This document shows positions 20,306 to 32,693 of a stretch of 64,000 bases of DNA, piece by piece. The notes below the pieces were generated by a model, which had not been told where the DNA came from, ran no database searches, and saw only the letters and a program-made list of their open reading frames with translations. Numbering within the stretch: position 1 is the stretch's first letter; every line of letters begins with the position of its first letter. The DNA is from an uncultured Actinomycetes bacterium (GTDB lineage Bacteria > Actinomycetota > Thermoleophilia > Solirubrobacterales > Solirubrobacteraceae): assembly GCA_963751065.1 (NCBI GenBank), contig CAVVTD010000008.1, positions 4,764 to 68,763 on the forward strand. Direction: 5' to 3'. The translations under genes and the position numbers were made by a program.

Positions 20306-20530
20306 ATGGAGAACATCCTCAGCGGCGTTCAGGTCCTGCTGTCCATCATCGTGATCTTCCTGATCCTCATGCACTCGGGCAAGGACGCGGGCCTCTCCGG
20401 CGCGTTCGGCGTCGGCACCGGCGCGGGCCCGTTCGGCGGCGGCTCGCTCGTCGAGCGCAACCTGAACCGCTGGACGATCGGCTTCGCGATCGTGTTCGTC
20501 CTGAACACGATCGTTTTGCTGAAGATCTAG
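20306..20530 (+). CDS. secG: preprotein translocase subunit SecG
   Basis: 74 aa with two TM helices flanking a Gly-rich loop (HSGKDAGLSGAFGVGTGAGPFGGG). Confidence 0.85.
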   Translation: MENILSGVQVLLSIIVIFLILMHSGKDAGLSGAFGVGTGAGPFGGGSLVERNLNRWTIGFAIVFVLNTIVLLKI

Positions 20531-23034
20531 CGCCGCCGCCGGACCTCGATACGCGCCTGCGCGCGCGGCCCGCGGCGACCGATCGCCGACAGGCCGCGCA
20601 CGGTGACCGATGCGCGCGTGCCGGGGGCGACGTCGGGCACGGTGAGCCGGCGCGTCGTGCGCTTGGGCAGGAACAGCAGGCGGCGGCCGTCCGACAGCAC
20701 GACGCGCACCTCGTAGGCGGCGGCCCCCCGGGTCCGCCCCCAGCGCACGCTGACCACGCCGCGGCGTTCGGTGATCCGCAGGGAGCTCGGGCGCCGCGGC
20801 CGGCGCGGCGGCGGCGCCGTGTAGCGCGCGACGACGCCCGCGCTCTGCGTCAGCCCGTCCTGACGGACGATGGCGACGATCTCGCGCCGTCCCGCCCGGC
20901 CGTCGGGCACGGTGAAGGCGAGGCGGCCGCGGCGATCCGTCGTCGCCGTGAGCCGGCGGCGGGTGTCACGGCCCTGCTCGTAGAACACGACCGAGCGCCC
21001 GCGCACGCGGGTGAAGCTCCAGCGCAGCGCCCGTCGACGACCCTCGCCGAGGACCCGTGCCCGCACCCGCGGCGCGGGCAGCGACTGCGCCGAGCGAAAG
21101 ACGCTCGCGGGCGCCGAGCCCGGCCTGAGCGACATGCGGTACAGCCCGCCCGCCGGGTCCTTGACCGCGATGTAGGTCGTGCGGTCCTCGAGGTTCTGAA
21201 ACAGCAGGACCTTGCCGTCGTCGATGCCGCCGAGCGGATCGTCCGGCGTAACGGCGACCGTCGCGCCGTCCGGGCCCGTGAGGATCGCCCGCGGCGGCGC
21301 CAGCGTGCCGACGACGCTGAAGACGGCCACCGGCTGGCCCCCCAGGATGGCGAAGCTGCCGAACGTCGGGGCCCCGGCCTGGCGCAGCGAGTTGCCGACC
21401 ACCCAGTCGCCGATGTTGCATGAACTCGCGAAGATGTTCTTGACGCCGTTGTTCCAGCCGTAGCCGAAGCCGACGTCCGGGCCGAAGCCGTGGCGGCACG
21501 CCGCGACGCCGGAGGAGGAGATCACCGCGTCGCCGCCACTGCGAAATCTTCCGGCGCCGACCGACCCGTTGCCCTGGAAGTTGAACGCGGTGGCGCCGTC
21601 GACCCAGCCCTGCAGATCGCCCCGGAATCCGACGCCGAACTTCTCGAACGTCGCCTGCGCGGTCATGTCGAAGTGCCCGTCGGTCCGGTAGGACACCGCG
21701 CCGGACGCCAGCGGGATGTCGACGAGCCGCGCGCTGCCGGTGATCGCGTAGCGGTCCGGGCTGCCCTCCTCGTACGTGAAGTCCCCGTCGACCGAGACCG
21801 CCTCGGTACCGAAGATGCGCGGCCCGGCGCTGACGCCGATGCCGCCGCTGAGCCGGACCGGGTTGATCGTGATGTCGAAGCGGATGCGCTGCAGGAACAC
21901 GCCGAAGGCCAGCTGGCGGTTGAAGTTGGCGACCTCGCCGCCGGCGTGGAAGTACCCGTCGCCCACGCCGAAGCCGAAGCGCGCGGTGACGGTCGGTGAC
22001 AGCGGCGAGGGCAGCACGAGCGTGCCCTGGCCCTCGAAGTGCGCGATGCCCCCGGCGTCGGAGTAGGCCAGCGCGAGGTCGCGCAGCTCGAAGCGCCCGA
22101 GCCGCGCGGAGCCGGCGGTCACCGTGATGTCGTCGACCGCGACGCCGTTCGCGGACGCGCGGACGACGGTCGCCCCGCTGACGCCGCCGAGCACGCCGGG
22201 CAGCTGGAGGTTCAGGCCGACGAGCACCGAGCGCTTGCCGGCGTCGACGTCGAGGGTCGCGCTGCCGGTCACCGGCAGGCCGCGCAGCTTCACGCCGCGC
22301 TCGACGGCGAACGCGAACTGCCGCCCGATGTGCCAGTCGATCGCCCGGCGGTAGAGCACCAGGTTGTCGACGGAGATCTGGGTCCTGCCCTTCGTGCTGA
22401 TCTCCAGTGCGCCCGGCTCGATGCGCACCTCGGCGCCGGCGCCGGTGGTCCGCACGTCGATCCCCGCCACGCGCACCTGACCGCTGGCGACGTAGGCCTT
22501 GCCGTCGCGGCGAAAGCACGTGGCCGTCGCGGTCAGCGGGCCGACGCGGACCGTCGTCCCCTTACAGCCCGTGCCCGGACCCGGGGTCGGCGCCGGTGCC
22601 GGCGCGGGGCTGCCCGGGACGCTGCCCAGCGGCGGCGGCGCGGTCCCGGTGGACGGCGGCGGAGCGGGGTTCGGCGGCGGCGCCGCCCCGCAGCGCGGAG
22701 CGCCGCTGATGAAGCCGTCGGTGTAGGTCTTGAGGAACTGGTCGGGCACGAAGTAGCCCCCGACCTTGTCCCAGATCCGCGAGCCGTAGGCGAGCTCGCC
22801 GGAGACCTGGCACTGGATCGTCACCCACTGGCCCTTCTTCAGCCAGTCGATCTTCGCGCGCGGCTCGCTGCGCGGTTGCGTGCGCCCGTCCACGTCGGCC
22901 TCCACCAGGTACTCGTTGCCGGCCGCCCACGGTTTCGCGCTGGTCACGCGCGCGGCGTGGGCGAGCGACGGGACGCTCAGCAGCAGCAGCGCCATCACCG
23001 CCAGCCCGGGGATCGCGATGCGGGCGCGGAGCAC
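20527..23034 (-). CDS. large secreted protein: signal peptide, SH3b-like N-domain, Pro-rich linker, beta-rich core, Fn3-like Arg-rich C-terminus
   Basis: Signal peptide MLRARIAIPGLAVMALLLLSVPSLAHA. SH3b-like segment WLKKGQWVTIQCQVSGELAYGSRIWDKV. Pro-rich linker PPPNPAPPPSTGTAPPP. C-terminus RITERRGVVSVRWGRTRGAAAYEVRV... Confidence 0.7.
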   Translation of the reverse strand: MLRARIAIPGLAVMALLLLSVPSLAHAARVTSAKPWAAGNEYLVEADVDGRTQPRSEPRAKIDWLKKGQWVTIQCQVSGELAYGSRIWDKVGGYFVPDQFLKTYTDGFISGAPRCGAAPPPNPAPPPSTGTAPPPLGSVPGSPAPAPAPTPGPGTGCKGTTVRVGPLTATATCFRRDGKAYVASGQVRVAGIDVRTTGAGAEVRIEPGALEISTKGRTQISVDNLVLYRRAIDWHIGRQFAFAVERGVKLRGLPVTGSATLDVDAGKRSVLVGLNLQLPGVLGGVSGATVVRASANGVAVDDITVTAGSARLGRFELRDLALAYSDAGGIAHFEGQGTLVLPSPLSPTVTARFGFGVGDGYFHAGGEVANFNRQLAFGVFLQRIRFDITINPVRLSGGIGVSAGPRIFGTEAVSVDGDFTYEEGSPDRYAITGSARLVDIPLASGAVSYRTDGHFDMTAQATFEKFGVGFRGDLQGWVDGATAFNFQGNGSVGAGRFRSGGDAVISSSGVAACRHGFGPDVGFGYGWNNGVKNIFASSCNIGDWVVGNSLRQAGAPTFGSFAILGGQPVAVFSVVGTLAPPRAILTGPDGATVAVTPDDPLGGIDDGKVLLFQNLEDRTTYIAVKDPAGGLYRMSLRPGSAPASVFRSAQSLPAPRVRARVLGEGRRRALRWSFTRVRGRSVVFYEQGRDTRRRLTATTDRRGRLAFTVPDGRAGRREIVAIVRQDGLTQSAGVVARYTAPPPRRPRRPSSLRITERRGVVSVRWGRTRGAAAYEVRVVLSDGRRLLFLPKRTTRRLTVPDVAPGTRASVTVRGLSAIGRRGPRAQARIEVRRRR

Positions 23035-23144
23035 GCGCGCACGCTATCTGACCCGGGCAGATCTGCGCTGAAAAGGGAGCCCCGGCTCGGCGCTGTCGAG
23101 CGGTGGGGACCGCATTCGCCCGCCGGTCCTGGGAGGATGGGACG

Positions 23145-25596
<2,452 letters not shown>

Positions 25597-25604
<8 letters not shown>

Positions 25605-26787
25605 GTCGTAGGTCCTGGTCGATCGCCTCGGGGGCGAGGACGCGGTCGATCGCCATGATCGCCGCGCCCATCACGCCGGCGCGGTCGCCGAGCTGACACG
25701 GGACGATCCGCAGGTCGCGGGTGGCGAGCGCCAGCGAACGGCTGAAGATGCCCTCGCGCACGCCGGCGATGAGCTGCGCCTGCGCCTCGGCGATGTCGCC
25801 GCCGATGACGATGACCGCCGGGTTGAAGAAGTTCACCGTCCCCGCGAGCACCTCGCCGAGCGAGCGCCCGGCGTCGCGCACCATGCGCATCGCCGTCGCG
25901 TCGCCCGCCCGGACCAACCGCACGACGTCGCGGCTGTTGGCGGTGTCGGCGCCCTCCGCGGCCAGGCGCTGGGCGAGCGCGTGACCACCGGCCACGGCCT
26001 CCAGGCAGCCGACGTTGCCGCACGAGCAGACGACGTCCTCGGCCGTCACGCGGATATGGCCGATGTCGCCGGCGGCGCCGCGCGCGCCGTGGTGGATCTG
26101 GCCCGCGGCCACGATGCCGCAGCCGATCCCGGTGCCGACCTTGACGAGCAGCAGGTGCTCGGTGTCGCGCCAGTGGATCCAGTGCTCGCCGCGGGCCATG
26201 ATGTTCACGTCGTTGTCGACGAGGACCGGTCGTCCCTCGTAGAGGCCGGCGAACCAGCCGGGGATCGAGTAGCCGTCCCAGCCCGGCATGATCGGCGGGT
26301 TGACGGGCCGCCCGCTGGCGAACTCCACGGGCCCCGGGACGCCGATGCCGATGCCGCGCACCTCGGCAGCGGTGTGCCCGGTCTGCTCCAGCAGGTCGCT
26401 GAAGCACTCCGACGTCCAGCCGAGCACCTCCTCCGGCCCGAGCGCGATGTCCTTGTCGGCGGCGGTCTCGGCCAGCGGCGTGCCCGCGAGGTCTGACACC
26501 GCGATCCGCGCATGGGTCGCGCCGAGGTCGGCCACGAGCACGATGCCGGCCGACGCGTTGAAGGCCAGGACGGTGGGCGGCCGGCCGCCGGTCGACGTGC
26601 TGCCGCCGGCCTCGTGGAGGAGTCCCGCCGCGAGCAGCGCGTCGACGCGCTGGGCGACCGTCGAGCGCGCGAGCCCGAAGTGCCGCGCCAGGTCGGCGCG
26701 GGTCACCGCCGTGCCGTCGCGGATCGCCGCCAGCAGCGCGCCCGCGCTCGTCGGGGAGGACGGGCCGGGGGGCGGCGTCGTGGCCAT
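25597..26787 (-). CDS. ROK family transcriptional regulator
   Basis: N-terminal wHTH (TRADLARHFGLARSTVAQRVDALL) plus a ROK sugar-kinase-like domain with the zinc motif CSCGNVGCLE. Confidence 0.85.
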
Positions 26788-26855
26788 AGCCGGGCAACGT
26801 ACAGCATGAGAAGGCAGATGTAACGGACTTTCGCATCATTCATGGCGACTTATGC

Positions 26856-26885
26856 TTGACAATCGGACTAAGGACGGATTAGGTT
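26856..26885 (+). promoter_or_regulatory. candidate promoter (-35 TTGACA, 18-nt spacer, -10 TAGGTT) for a leaderless or near-leaderless operon mRNA
   Basis: TTGACA lies at 26856-26861 and TAGGTT (TANNNT) at 26880-26885, 7 nt before the GTG start at 26893. This is the most AT-rich stretch of the intergenic region. No Shine-Dalgarno sequence is visible. Confidence 0.35.
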
Positions 26886-26892
26886 CCGAACC

Positions 26893-28059
26893 GTGGCCTC
26901 CACGCTCCGAGCCGGGATCGCCGGCACCGGCTTCATCGGTGCCGTCCACGCCCGGTCCGCCCGCCGCGCCGGCGCCCGCGTGACCGCGGTCGCGGCCTCG
27001 TCGCTGGAGAGCGCGCAGCGGGCCGCGCGGGACCTCGGCGCCGAGCGCGCCTTCGCCTCCGCCGAGGCGCTCGTGCAGGACCCGGACATCGACGTCGTCC
27101 ACATCTGCACGCCGAACCATCTGCACCAGCCGCTCGCCGAGCTCGCGCTCGCCGCCGGCAAGCACGTCGTGTGCGAGAAGCCGCTGGCGCTCGACGCGGC
27201 CGGCGCGCGGCGCCTCGTCGATGCCGCGGCGCAGAGCGGCCTGCAGACCGCGGTCCCGTTCGTCTATCGCTACTACCCGACGGTGCGCGAGGCGCGCCGG
27301 CGCGTTCACGACGGCGAGACCGGCGAGCTGCGCCTGCTGCACGGCGCCTACCTGCAGGACTGGCTCCTGCGCCCCGACGACGACAACTGGCGCGTCGACG
27401 CCGCGCTGGGCGGACGCTCGCGGGCCTTCGCCGACATCGGGTCGCACTGGTGCGACCTGGCGCAGTTCATCTCCGGTCACCGCATCACCCGCCTGTCGGC
27501 GCGGCTGATGACCGCCGTGCCCGAGCGCCTGAGCGCCGACGGGCGCCGCGCGTTCGCCGCCGCCGACGCAAGCGGCAGCGGCGATCCCAAGGCGGTGACG
27601 ACCGAGGACGCCGCCGTCGTGCTCTTCGAGACCGACGCGGGCGCGCTCGGCACGGTCACCGTCAGCCAGATCTCCGCGGGCCGCAAGAACAAGCTCTGCA
27701 TCGAGCTCGACGGCGCGCAGGAGGCGCTGTCCTTCGACCAGGAGAACCCCGAGGAGCTGTGGTGCGGCCGGCGCGAGGCGGCGACGATCGTCCGCCGCGA
27801 TCCCGAGCACCTGTCGCCGGACGCCGCGCGCTTCGCATCGCTGCCGCCCGGCCATCCGCAGGGCTACGCGGACTGCTTCGACGCGTTCGTCGCCGACGTC
27901 TACGCCGCGATCGCGACCGACACGCCGTCCGACGGGCTGCCCGGCTTCGAGGATGGCCTGCGCGCCGCGCAGGTCACCGACGCAGTGCTCGCCTCGGCCG
28001 CGACCGAGACGTGGGTCGACGTCGCCGGCGCCGCCCGGTCGCAGGCGGTGGCCCGGTGA
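26893..28059 (+). CDS. Gfo/Idh/MocA family oxidoreductase
   Basis: Blocks seen: AGIAGTGFIGAVHA (Rossmann), VVHICTPNHLH, VVCEKPLA. Confidence 0.85.
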   Translation: MASTLRAGIAGTGFIGAVHARSARRAGARVTAVAASSLESAQRAARDLGAERAFASAEALVQDPDIDVVHICTPNHLHQPLAELALAAGKHVVCEKPLALDAAGARRLVDAAAQSGLQTAVPFVYRYYPTVREARRRVHDGETGELRLLHGAYLQDWLLRPDDDNWRVDAALGGRSRAFADIGSHWCDLAQFISGHRITRLSARLMTAVPERLSADGRRAFAAADASGSGDPKAVTTEDAAVVLFETDAGALGTVTVSQISAGRKNKLCIELDGAQEALSFDQENPEELWCGRREAATIVRRDPEHLSPDAARFASLPPGHPQGYADCFDAFVADVYAAIATDTPSDGLPGFEDGLRAAQVTDAVLASAATETWVDVAGAARSQAVAR

Positions 28060-28979
28060 AGCTCGGCTTCCTCACCTCCTGCATGCCCGAGCGCAGCCTC
28101 GAGGACATCGCCGCCTGGGCCGGCGCCAACGGCTACGAGGCGCTCGAGCTCGCGGCCTGGCCGCACCTCGGCGACCGCCCGTTCACGGCCAGCCACGTCA
28201 AGGCCGACGTCTTCGACGACGCCGAGGCCGAGCGCGTGCGCAGCGCGCTCGATGACCACGGCCTGGCGCTCTCGGCGCTCGCCTACTACGACAACAACCT
28301 CGACCCCGACCGCGCCGAGCGCGAGGCCAACCACGCGCACCTGCGCACGTGCATCGACGCGTCCGCCGCCCTCGGCGCCGTCCCGGTCGGCACGTTCATC
28401 GGCCGCGATCCCGGCCGCAGCGTGGCCGAGAACCTGCGCGAGGCCGAGCACGTCTTCCCGCCGCTCGTCGACTACGCCGGCGAGCGCGGCGTGAAGCTCA
28501 TGATCGAGAACTGCGTCATGGAGGGCTGGCATCCCGACGGCCATCCCGGCAACCTCGCCTACTCGCCCGAGCTGTGGGAGTGGATGTTCGACCTCGGGCT
28601 GTACCTCAACTACGACCCGTCGCACCTGCTGTGGCTCGGCATCGACCCGGTCGCGGCGCTCAAGCCGTATGTCGACCGCGTCGCGCACGCGCACGCCAAG
28701 GACGCCGAGGTCTTCGAGGCCGAGCGCAACCGCTACGGCTTCTTCGGCCGCATGTCGACGCGCGAATCAGATCCGTGGGACATGGGCTGGTGGCGCTACC
28801 GCATCCCCGGCCTCGGCGACGTCGACTTCCGCCGCTACGTCGACACGCTCTACGAGGGCGGCTTCGACGGCGTGCTGTCGGTCGAGCACGAGGACCCGGT
28901 GTGGGGCGGCACCCCGGAGCTCGTCGAGGCCGGGCTGACGATCGCCCGCAACCACCTACGCGGCCTGGTCGTCCGATGA
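28056..28979 (+). CDS. sugar phosphate isomerase/epimerase (xylose isomerase-like TIM barrel)
   Basis: GTGA overlap with the upstream stop. Blocks seen: GYEALELA, MIENC, DPSHLLW, HAKD, LSVEHED. Confidence 0.85.
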   Translation: MKLGFLTSCMPERSLEDIAAWAGANGYEALELAAWPHLGDRPFTASHVKADVFDDAEAERVRSALDDHGLALSALAYYDNNLDPDRAEREANHAHLRTCIDASAALGAVPVGTFIGRDPGRSVAENLREAEHVFPPLVDYAGERGVKLMIENCVMEGWHPDGHPGNLAYSPELWEWMFDLGLYLNYDPSHLLWLGIDPVAALKPYVDRVAHAHAKDAEVFEAERNRYGFFGRMSTRESDPWDMGWWRYRIPGLGDVDFRRYVDTLYEGGFDGVLSVEHEDPVWGGTPELVEAGLTIARNHLRGLVVR

Positions 28980-30496
28980 AGCCCGTCCTCGAGGTCCGCA
29001 ACCTCGTCAAGGAGTATCCGGGCGTCAAGGCCCTGCAGGGCGTCGACCTCGACGTGCTGGAGGCCGAGGTGCACTGCCTGCTCGGGCCCAACGGCGCGGG
29101 CAAGTCGACGCTCATCAAGTGTGTCTCGGGCGCCGTCGAGCCGACGAGCGGCGAGATCCTCTTCGACGGGGAGCCGCTGCCGGCCGGCGACCCGGCGGGC
29201 TCGCTGAAGCGCGGCGTCGCCACGATCTACCAGGAGCTCGACCTCGTCGAGGACCTCAGCGTCGCCGCGAGCATCTTCCTCGCGCACGAGCCGCGCCGCC
29301 GCGGCGGCCTGCTGCTCGACCTCGACAAGATGCACCGCGACTCGGCCGCGCTGCTCAAGCGGCTCGGCCACGAGTCGATCCCCCCGCGCGCGAAGGTCGG
29401 CGCGCTGCGGCCGGCCGCGCAGCAGATCGTCTCGATCGCGCGCGCCCTGTCGGGCAACGTGCGGCTGCTCATCATGGACGAGCCGTCGGCGATCCTCGAC
29501 GAGGGCGAGATCGAGACGCTGTTCGAGGTCGTGCGCCGGCTCACCGCCGAGGGCGTCGGCGTCGTCTACATCTCCCATCGCCTCGACGAGATCCGCCGCA
29601 TCGGCGATCGCGTGACCGTGCTCGCCGACGGCCGCACCACGGCGACCGGGCTGCCCGCGAGCACCCCGACCGACGAGCTCGTCGAGCTCATGGTCGGCCA
29701 CAAGGTCGAGCAGCTCTACCCCGACCGCCCGGTGGGAACGGACAAGCTGCTGCTCGAGATCCGCGGCGCGCGGCGCCTGCCGGCGGTGCGCGACGTGAGC
29801 CTGAAGGTCCACGCGGGCGAGGTCGTGGGGCTCGGCGGGCTCGTCGGCTCCGGGCGCACCGAGCTGCTGCGCCTCGTCTACGGGCTCGACCAGCCCGAGG
29901 CGGGCGAGTTCCTGCTCGACGGCAAGCCGTTGAAGGCCAACAGCCCGGGCGCCGCGATCCGCCGCGGCATGGGATTGGCGCCCGAGGATCGCAAGTCCCA
30001 GGCGCTCGTCCTGGACTGGAGCCAGACGAAGAACGTCACGCTCTCGGACCTCGACCGCTTCTCGCATCCGCTGCTGAACATCCGCATCGAGCGCGCGCAG
30101 GCCCGTGCCGAGCTGCGCAAGCTCGGCACCGTCCCCGACGATCCCGATCGCCCGGTTCGCCTGCTTTCGGGCGGCAACCAGCAGAAGGTCGTCCTCGCGC
30201 GCTGGCTGTTGCACGGCTGCCGGATCCTGCTGCTCGACGAGCCCACACGCGGTGTCGACGTCGCGACGAAGGCCGAGATCTACCGGATCATCAGCGACCT
30301 GGCCAAGGACGGCCTCGGCGTACTCGTCGTCTCGTCCGAACTCGAGGAGCTCGTCGGCATCTGCACGCGCATCCTCGTGATGCGCGAGGGCGAGATCGTC
30401 GCCGAGGTCGACGGCAGGACCGCCACGGAGCGCGAGCTCCTGCGCCACGCCGTGGCGCCGACAGACGCACCCGTTCTCGCCGAGGAGGTCACATGA
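28976..30496 (+). CDS. sugar ABC transporter ATP-binding protein (duplicated ABC domains)
   Basis: ATGA overlap with the upstream stop. Walker A GPNGAGKST, a second Walker A GLVGSGRTE, the signature LSGGNQQK, and LLLDEPTRGVD. Confidence 0.9.
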   Translation: MKPVLEVRNLVKEYPGVKALQGVDLDVLEAEVHCLLGPNGAGKSTLIKCVSGAVEPTSGEILFDGEPLPAGDPAGSLKRGVATIYQELDLVEDLSVAASIFLAHEPRRRGGLLLDLDKMHRDSAALLKRLGHESIPPRAKVGALRPAAQQIVSIARALSGNVRLLIMDEPSAILDEGEIETLFEVVRRLTAEGVGVVYISHRLDEIRRIGDRVTVLADGRTTATGLPASTPTDELVELMVGHKVEQLYPDRPVGTDKLLLEIRGARRLPAVRDVSLKVHAGEVVGLGGLVGSGRTELLRLVYGLDQPEAGEFLLDGKPLKANSPGAAIRRGMGLAPEDRKSQALVLDWSQTKNVTLSDLDRFSHPLLNIRIERAQARAELRKLGTVPDDPDRPVRLLSGGNQQKVVLARWLLHGCRILLLDEPTRGVDVATKAEIYRIISDLAKDGLGVLVVSSELEELVGICTRILVMREGEIVAEVDGRTATERELLRHAVAPTDAPVLAEEVT

Positions 30497-31515
30497 GCAC
30501 GCCCGATGCGCCCGCCGGACCGAGCGGAGCGGCCGCGCTCATGGGCCAGATGAAGACGCTCAAGCTGCAGGAGTACGCGCTCGGGCTCGTCGTCATCGCG
30601 CTGTTCGTCGCCGGCGCGATCCTCAAGCCGGACACGTTCCCGACCTGGGACAACATCCGCAACATGCTCACGCAGGCCAGCGTGATCGGCGTGCTCGCCA
30701 TCGGCATGACGTTCGTCATCGCCACCTCGGGGATCGACCTCTCGGTCGGCTCGATGGTGGCGGCGGCCGGCGTCTTCGGCGGCATCATGGTCGGCGATGG
30801 CGGGACGAGCAGCATCGTCTTCATCGTCGCGGCGATCGGCTTCGCCACCGCGCTGGGCTCGATCAACGCGATCGCGGTGGCGTACGGGCGGGTGGTGCCG
30901 TTCATCGCGACGCTCGCGATGTTCTCGATCGCCAGGGGCGTGGCGCTGCTGCTCAACGACAAGCTCCCCGTCAGCCTGCTCGACCTCAACGGCGGCTCGT
31001 TCGGCGACCCGGCCGCCTTCTCGCTGCTGTGGTTCGGCAACGGGCGGATCCTCGAGATCCCCGTGTCGGTCTACATCTTCCTCGCGGTCACCGTCGCCGG
31101 CTGGATCCTGCTCAACCGCACCCGCTACGGCCGCTACGTCGTGGCGGTGGGCGGCAACCGCGAGGCGGCGCGGATCGCCGGGGTGCCGGTCCGGAAGGTC
31201 ATCTTCAGCGTGTACGTCCTGGCCGGGCTGCTCGCCGGCATCGCGACGGTGCTGCTCTGCGCCCGCCTGGGCAGCGCCTCGCCGGTCAGCGGCAACCTCT
31301 ACGAGCTCGACGCCATCGGCGCGGTCGTCATCGGCGGGACGAGCCTGGCCGGCGGCCGGGCGACGATCGTCGGCACGTTCCTCGGCGTCCTGACGTTCGC
31401 GCTCATCTTCAGCCTCATGACGCAGCTCAACCTCTCGACCGAGGTCCAGCAGGTGACGAAGGGCCTGATCGTCCTCGGTGCCGTCCTGCTGCAGCGCCCG
31501 GAGGCCAGGTACTGA
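30493..31515 (+). CDS. sugar ABC transporter permease (RbsC/BPD type)
   Basis: ATGA overlap with the upstream stop. Polytopic membrane protein with TFVIATSGIDLSVGS and GGTSLAGGRATIVGT blocks. Confidence 0.9.
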   Translation: MSTPDAPAGPSGAAALMGQMKTLKLQEYALGLVVIALFVAGAILKPDTFPTWDNIRNMLTQASVIGVLAIGMTFVIATSGIDLSVGSMVAAAGVFGGIMVGDGGTSSIVFIVAAIGFATALGSINAIAVAYGRVVPFIATLAMFSIARGVALLLNDKLPVSLLDLNGGSFGDPAAFSLLWFGNGRILEIPVSVYIFLAVTVAGWILLNRTRYGRYVVAVGGNREAARIAGVPVRKVIFSVYVLAGLLAGIATVLLCARLGSASPVSGNLYELDAIGAVVIGGTSLAGGRATIVGTFLGVLTFALIFSLMTQLNLSTEVQQVTKGLIVLGAVLLQRPEARY

Positions 31516-31568
31516 TGGCCCGCGCCGCAGCCCCTTCCCGACGTCCAGTCCACAACAGGAGGAACGCA

Positions 31569-32612
31569 ATGTCGCTCAGGCGACCCCTCATCTCCATCGC
31601 CGCAGTCTCGCTGCTGGCGCTCGGTGCCGCCGCGTGCGGCGGCGAGACGAAGACGGTCACGGTCGGCGCATCGGAGCCGAGCGGCACCGCGGCGGCCGGC
31701 ACCGACGCGCCGGCGGGCAAGACGGTGAGCATCATCGCCAGCGTGCCGCCGACCGATCACGGATGGCTCGGCGCCATCTCCAAGAACGCCAAGGCCGCGG
31801 CGGACTCGCACGACGACGTGAAGTTCGAGCTGCTGCAGGCGGCCGACGCCGACTCGCAGGCCCAGCAGGTCGAGCAGGCGATCGCCAAGAAGCCCGACGT
31901 CCTCGTCGTGCTGCCCCAGGACGGCGCGGCGCTGACCCCGGTCGCCCAGAAGGCCGAGCGGGCCGGCATTCCCGTGGTGAACATCGATCGCCTGTTCTCC
32001 AAGCCCGACGCGGCGACCGCGACGGTGCTCGGCGACAACTACCAGATCGGCGTGCTGGCGGCCGGCTACATCTCCGAGCAGCTGAAGTGCAAGGGCAACG
32101 TCGTCGAGATCCAGGGCCTCGCCGGGATCTCGGTCACGACCGACCGCAGCAAGGGCTTCTCCGACGAGCTCAAGAAGCGCTGCCCGGGCGGCGGCGTGAA
32201 GATCGTCGCCAAGCAGCCGGGCGACTTCAACCCCGACACCGGCCTGAAAGTCATGGAGAACATCCTGCAGGCGCAGAAGAAGATCGACGCCGTCTACACG
32301 CACGACGACGACATGGCGCAGGGCGTCATCCAGGCGATCCGCAACGCCAATCGCGACGACGAGATGTTCCTCACCGGCGTGGGCGGCTCGCAGGACGCGA
32401 TGAAGCAGATCAAGGCCGGCGGCCTGTACCGCGCGACCTTCCTCTACAACCCGAACATGGCCGCGACCGCGGTGAACATGGCCCGGCTGATCGCCCTCGG
32501 CCAGGGCTTCGCCGAGCTCGTGCCGCCGGAGGTGCCGCGCCAGGTGGTCGTCCCGGCCGCCGTGGTCACGAAGGCGAACGTCGGGCAGTACGAGAAGTAC
32601 GCGTTCAACTAG
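31569..32612 (+). CDS. sugar ABC transporter substrate-binding lipoprotein (periplasmic binding protein type I)
   Basis: AGGAGG lies 6-7 nt upstream of the ATG. Lipobox LLALGAAAC. PBP blocks VVNIDR and DAVYTHDDDMAQG. Confidence 0.9.
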   Translation: MSLRRPLISIAAVSLLALGAAACGGETKTVTVGASEPSGTAAAGTDAPAGKTVSIIASVPPTDHGWLGAISKNAKAAADSHDDVKFELLQAADADSQAQQVEQAIAKKPDVLVVLPQDGAALTPVAQKAERAGIPVVNIDRLFSKPDAATATVLGDNYQIGVLAAGYISEQLKCKGNVVEIQGLAGISVTTDRSKGFSDELKKRCPGGGVKIVAKQPGDFNPDTGLKVMENILQAQKKIDAVYTHDDDMAQGVIQAIRNANRDDEMFLTGVGGSQDAMKQIKAGGLYRATFLYNPNMAATAVNMARLIALGQGFAELVPPEVPRQVVVPAAVVTKANVGQYEKYAFN

Positions 32613-32644
32613 GACTCGCCGGCCGACGCCCGCGCTGGGCTGGC

Positions 32645-32678
32645 CGCCCGCTGGATGCTCTACCGCATCCGGCGGGCG
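32645..32678. terminator. strong GC hairpin between convergent genes (candidate bidirectional terminator)
   Basis: CGCCCGCTGGATGC-TCTACC-GCATCCGGCGGGCG gives a 14-bp stem with one mismatch. It sits in the 81-nt gap between the stops at 32612 (+) and 32694 (-). There is no U-tract. Confidence 0.45.
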
Positions 32679-32693
32679 CGCGGGCGTGGCGGC

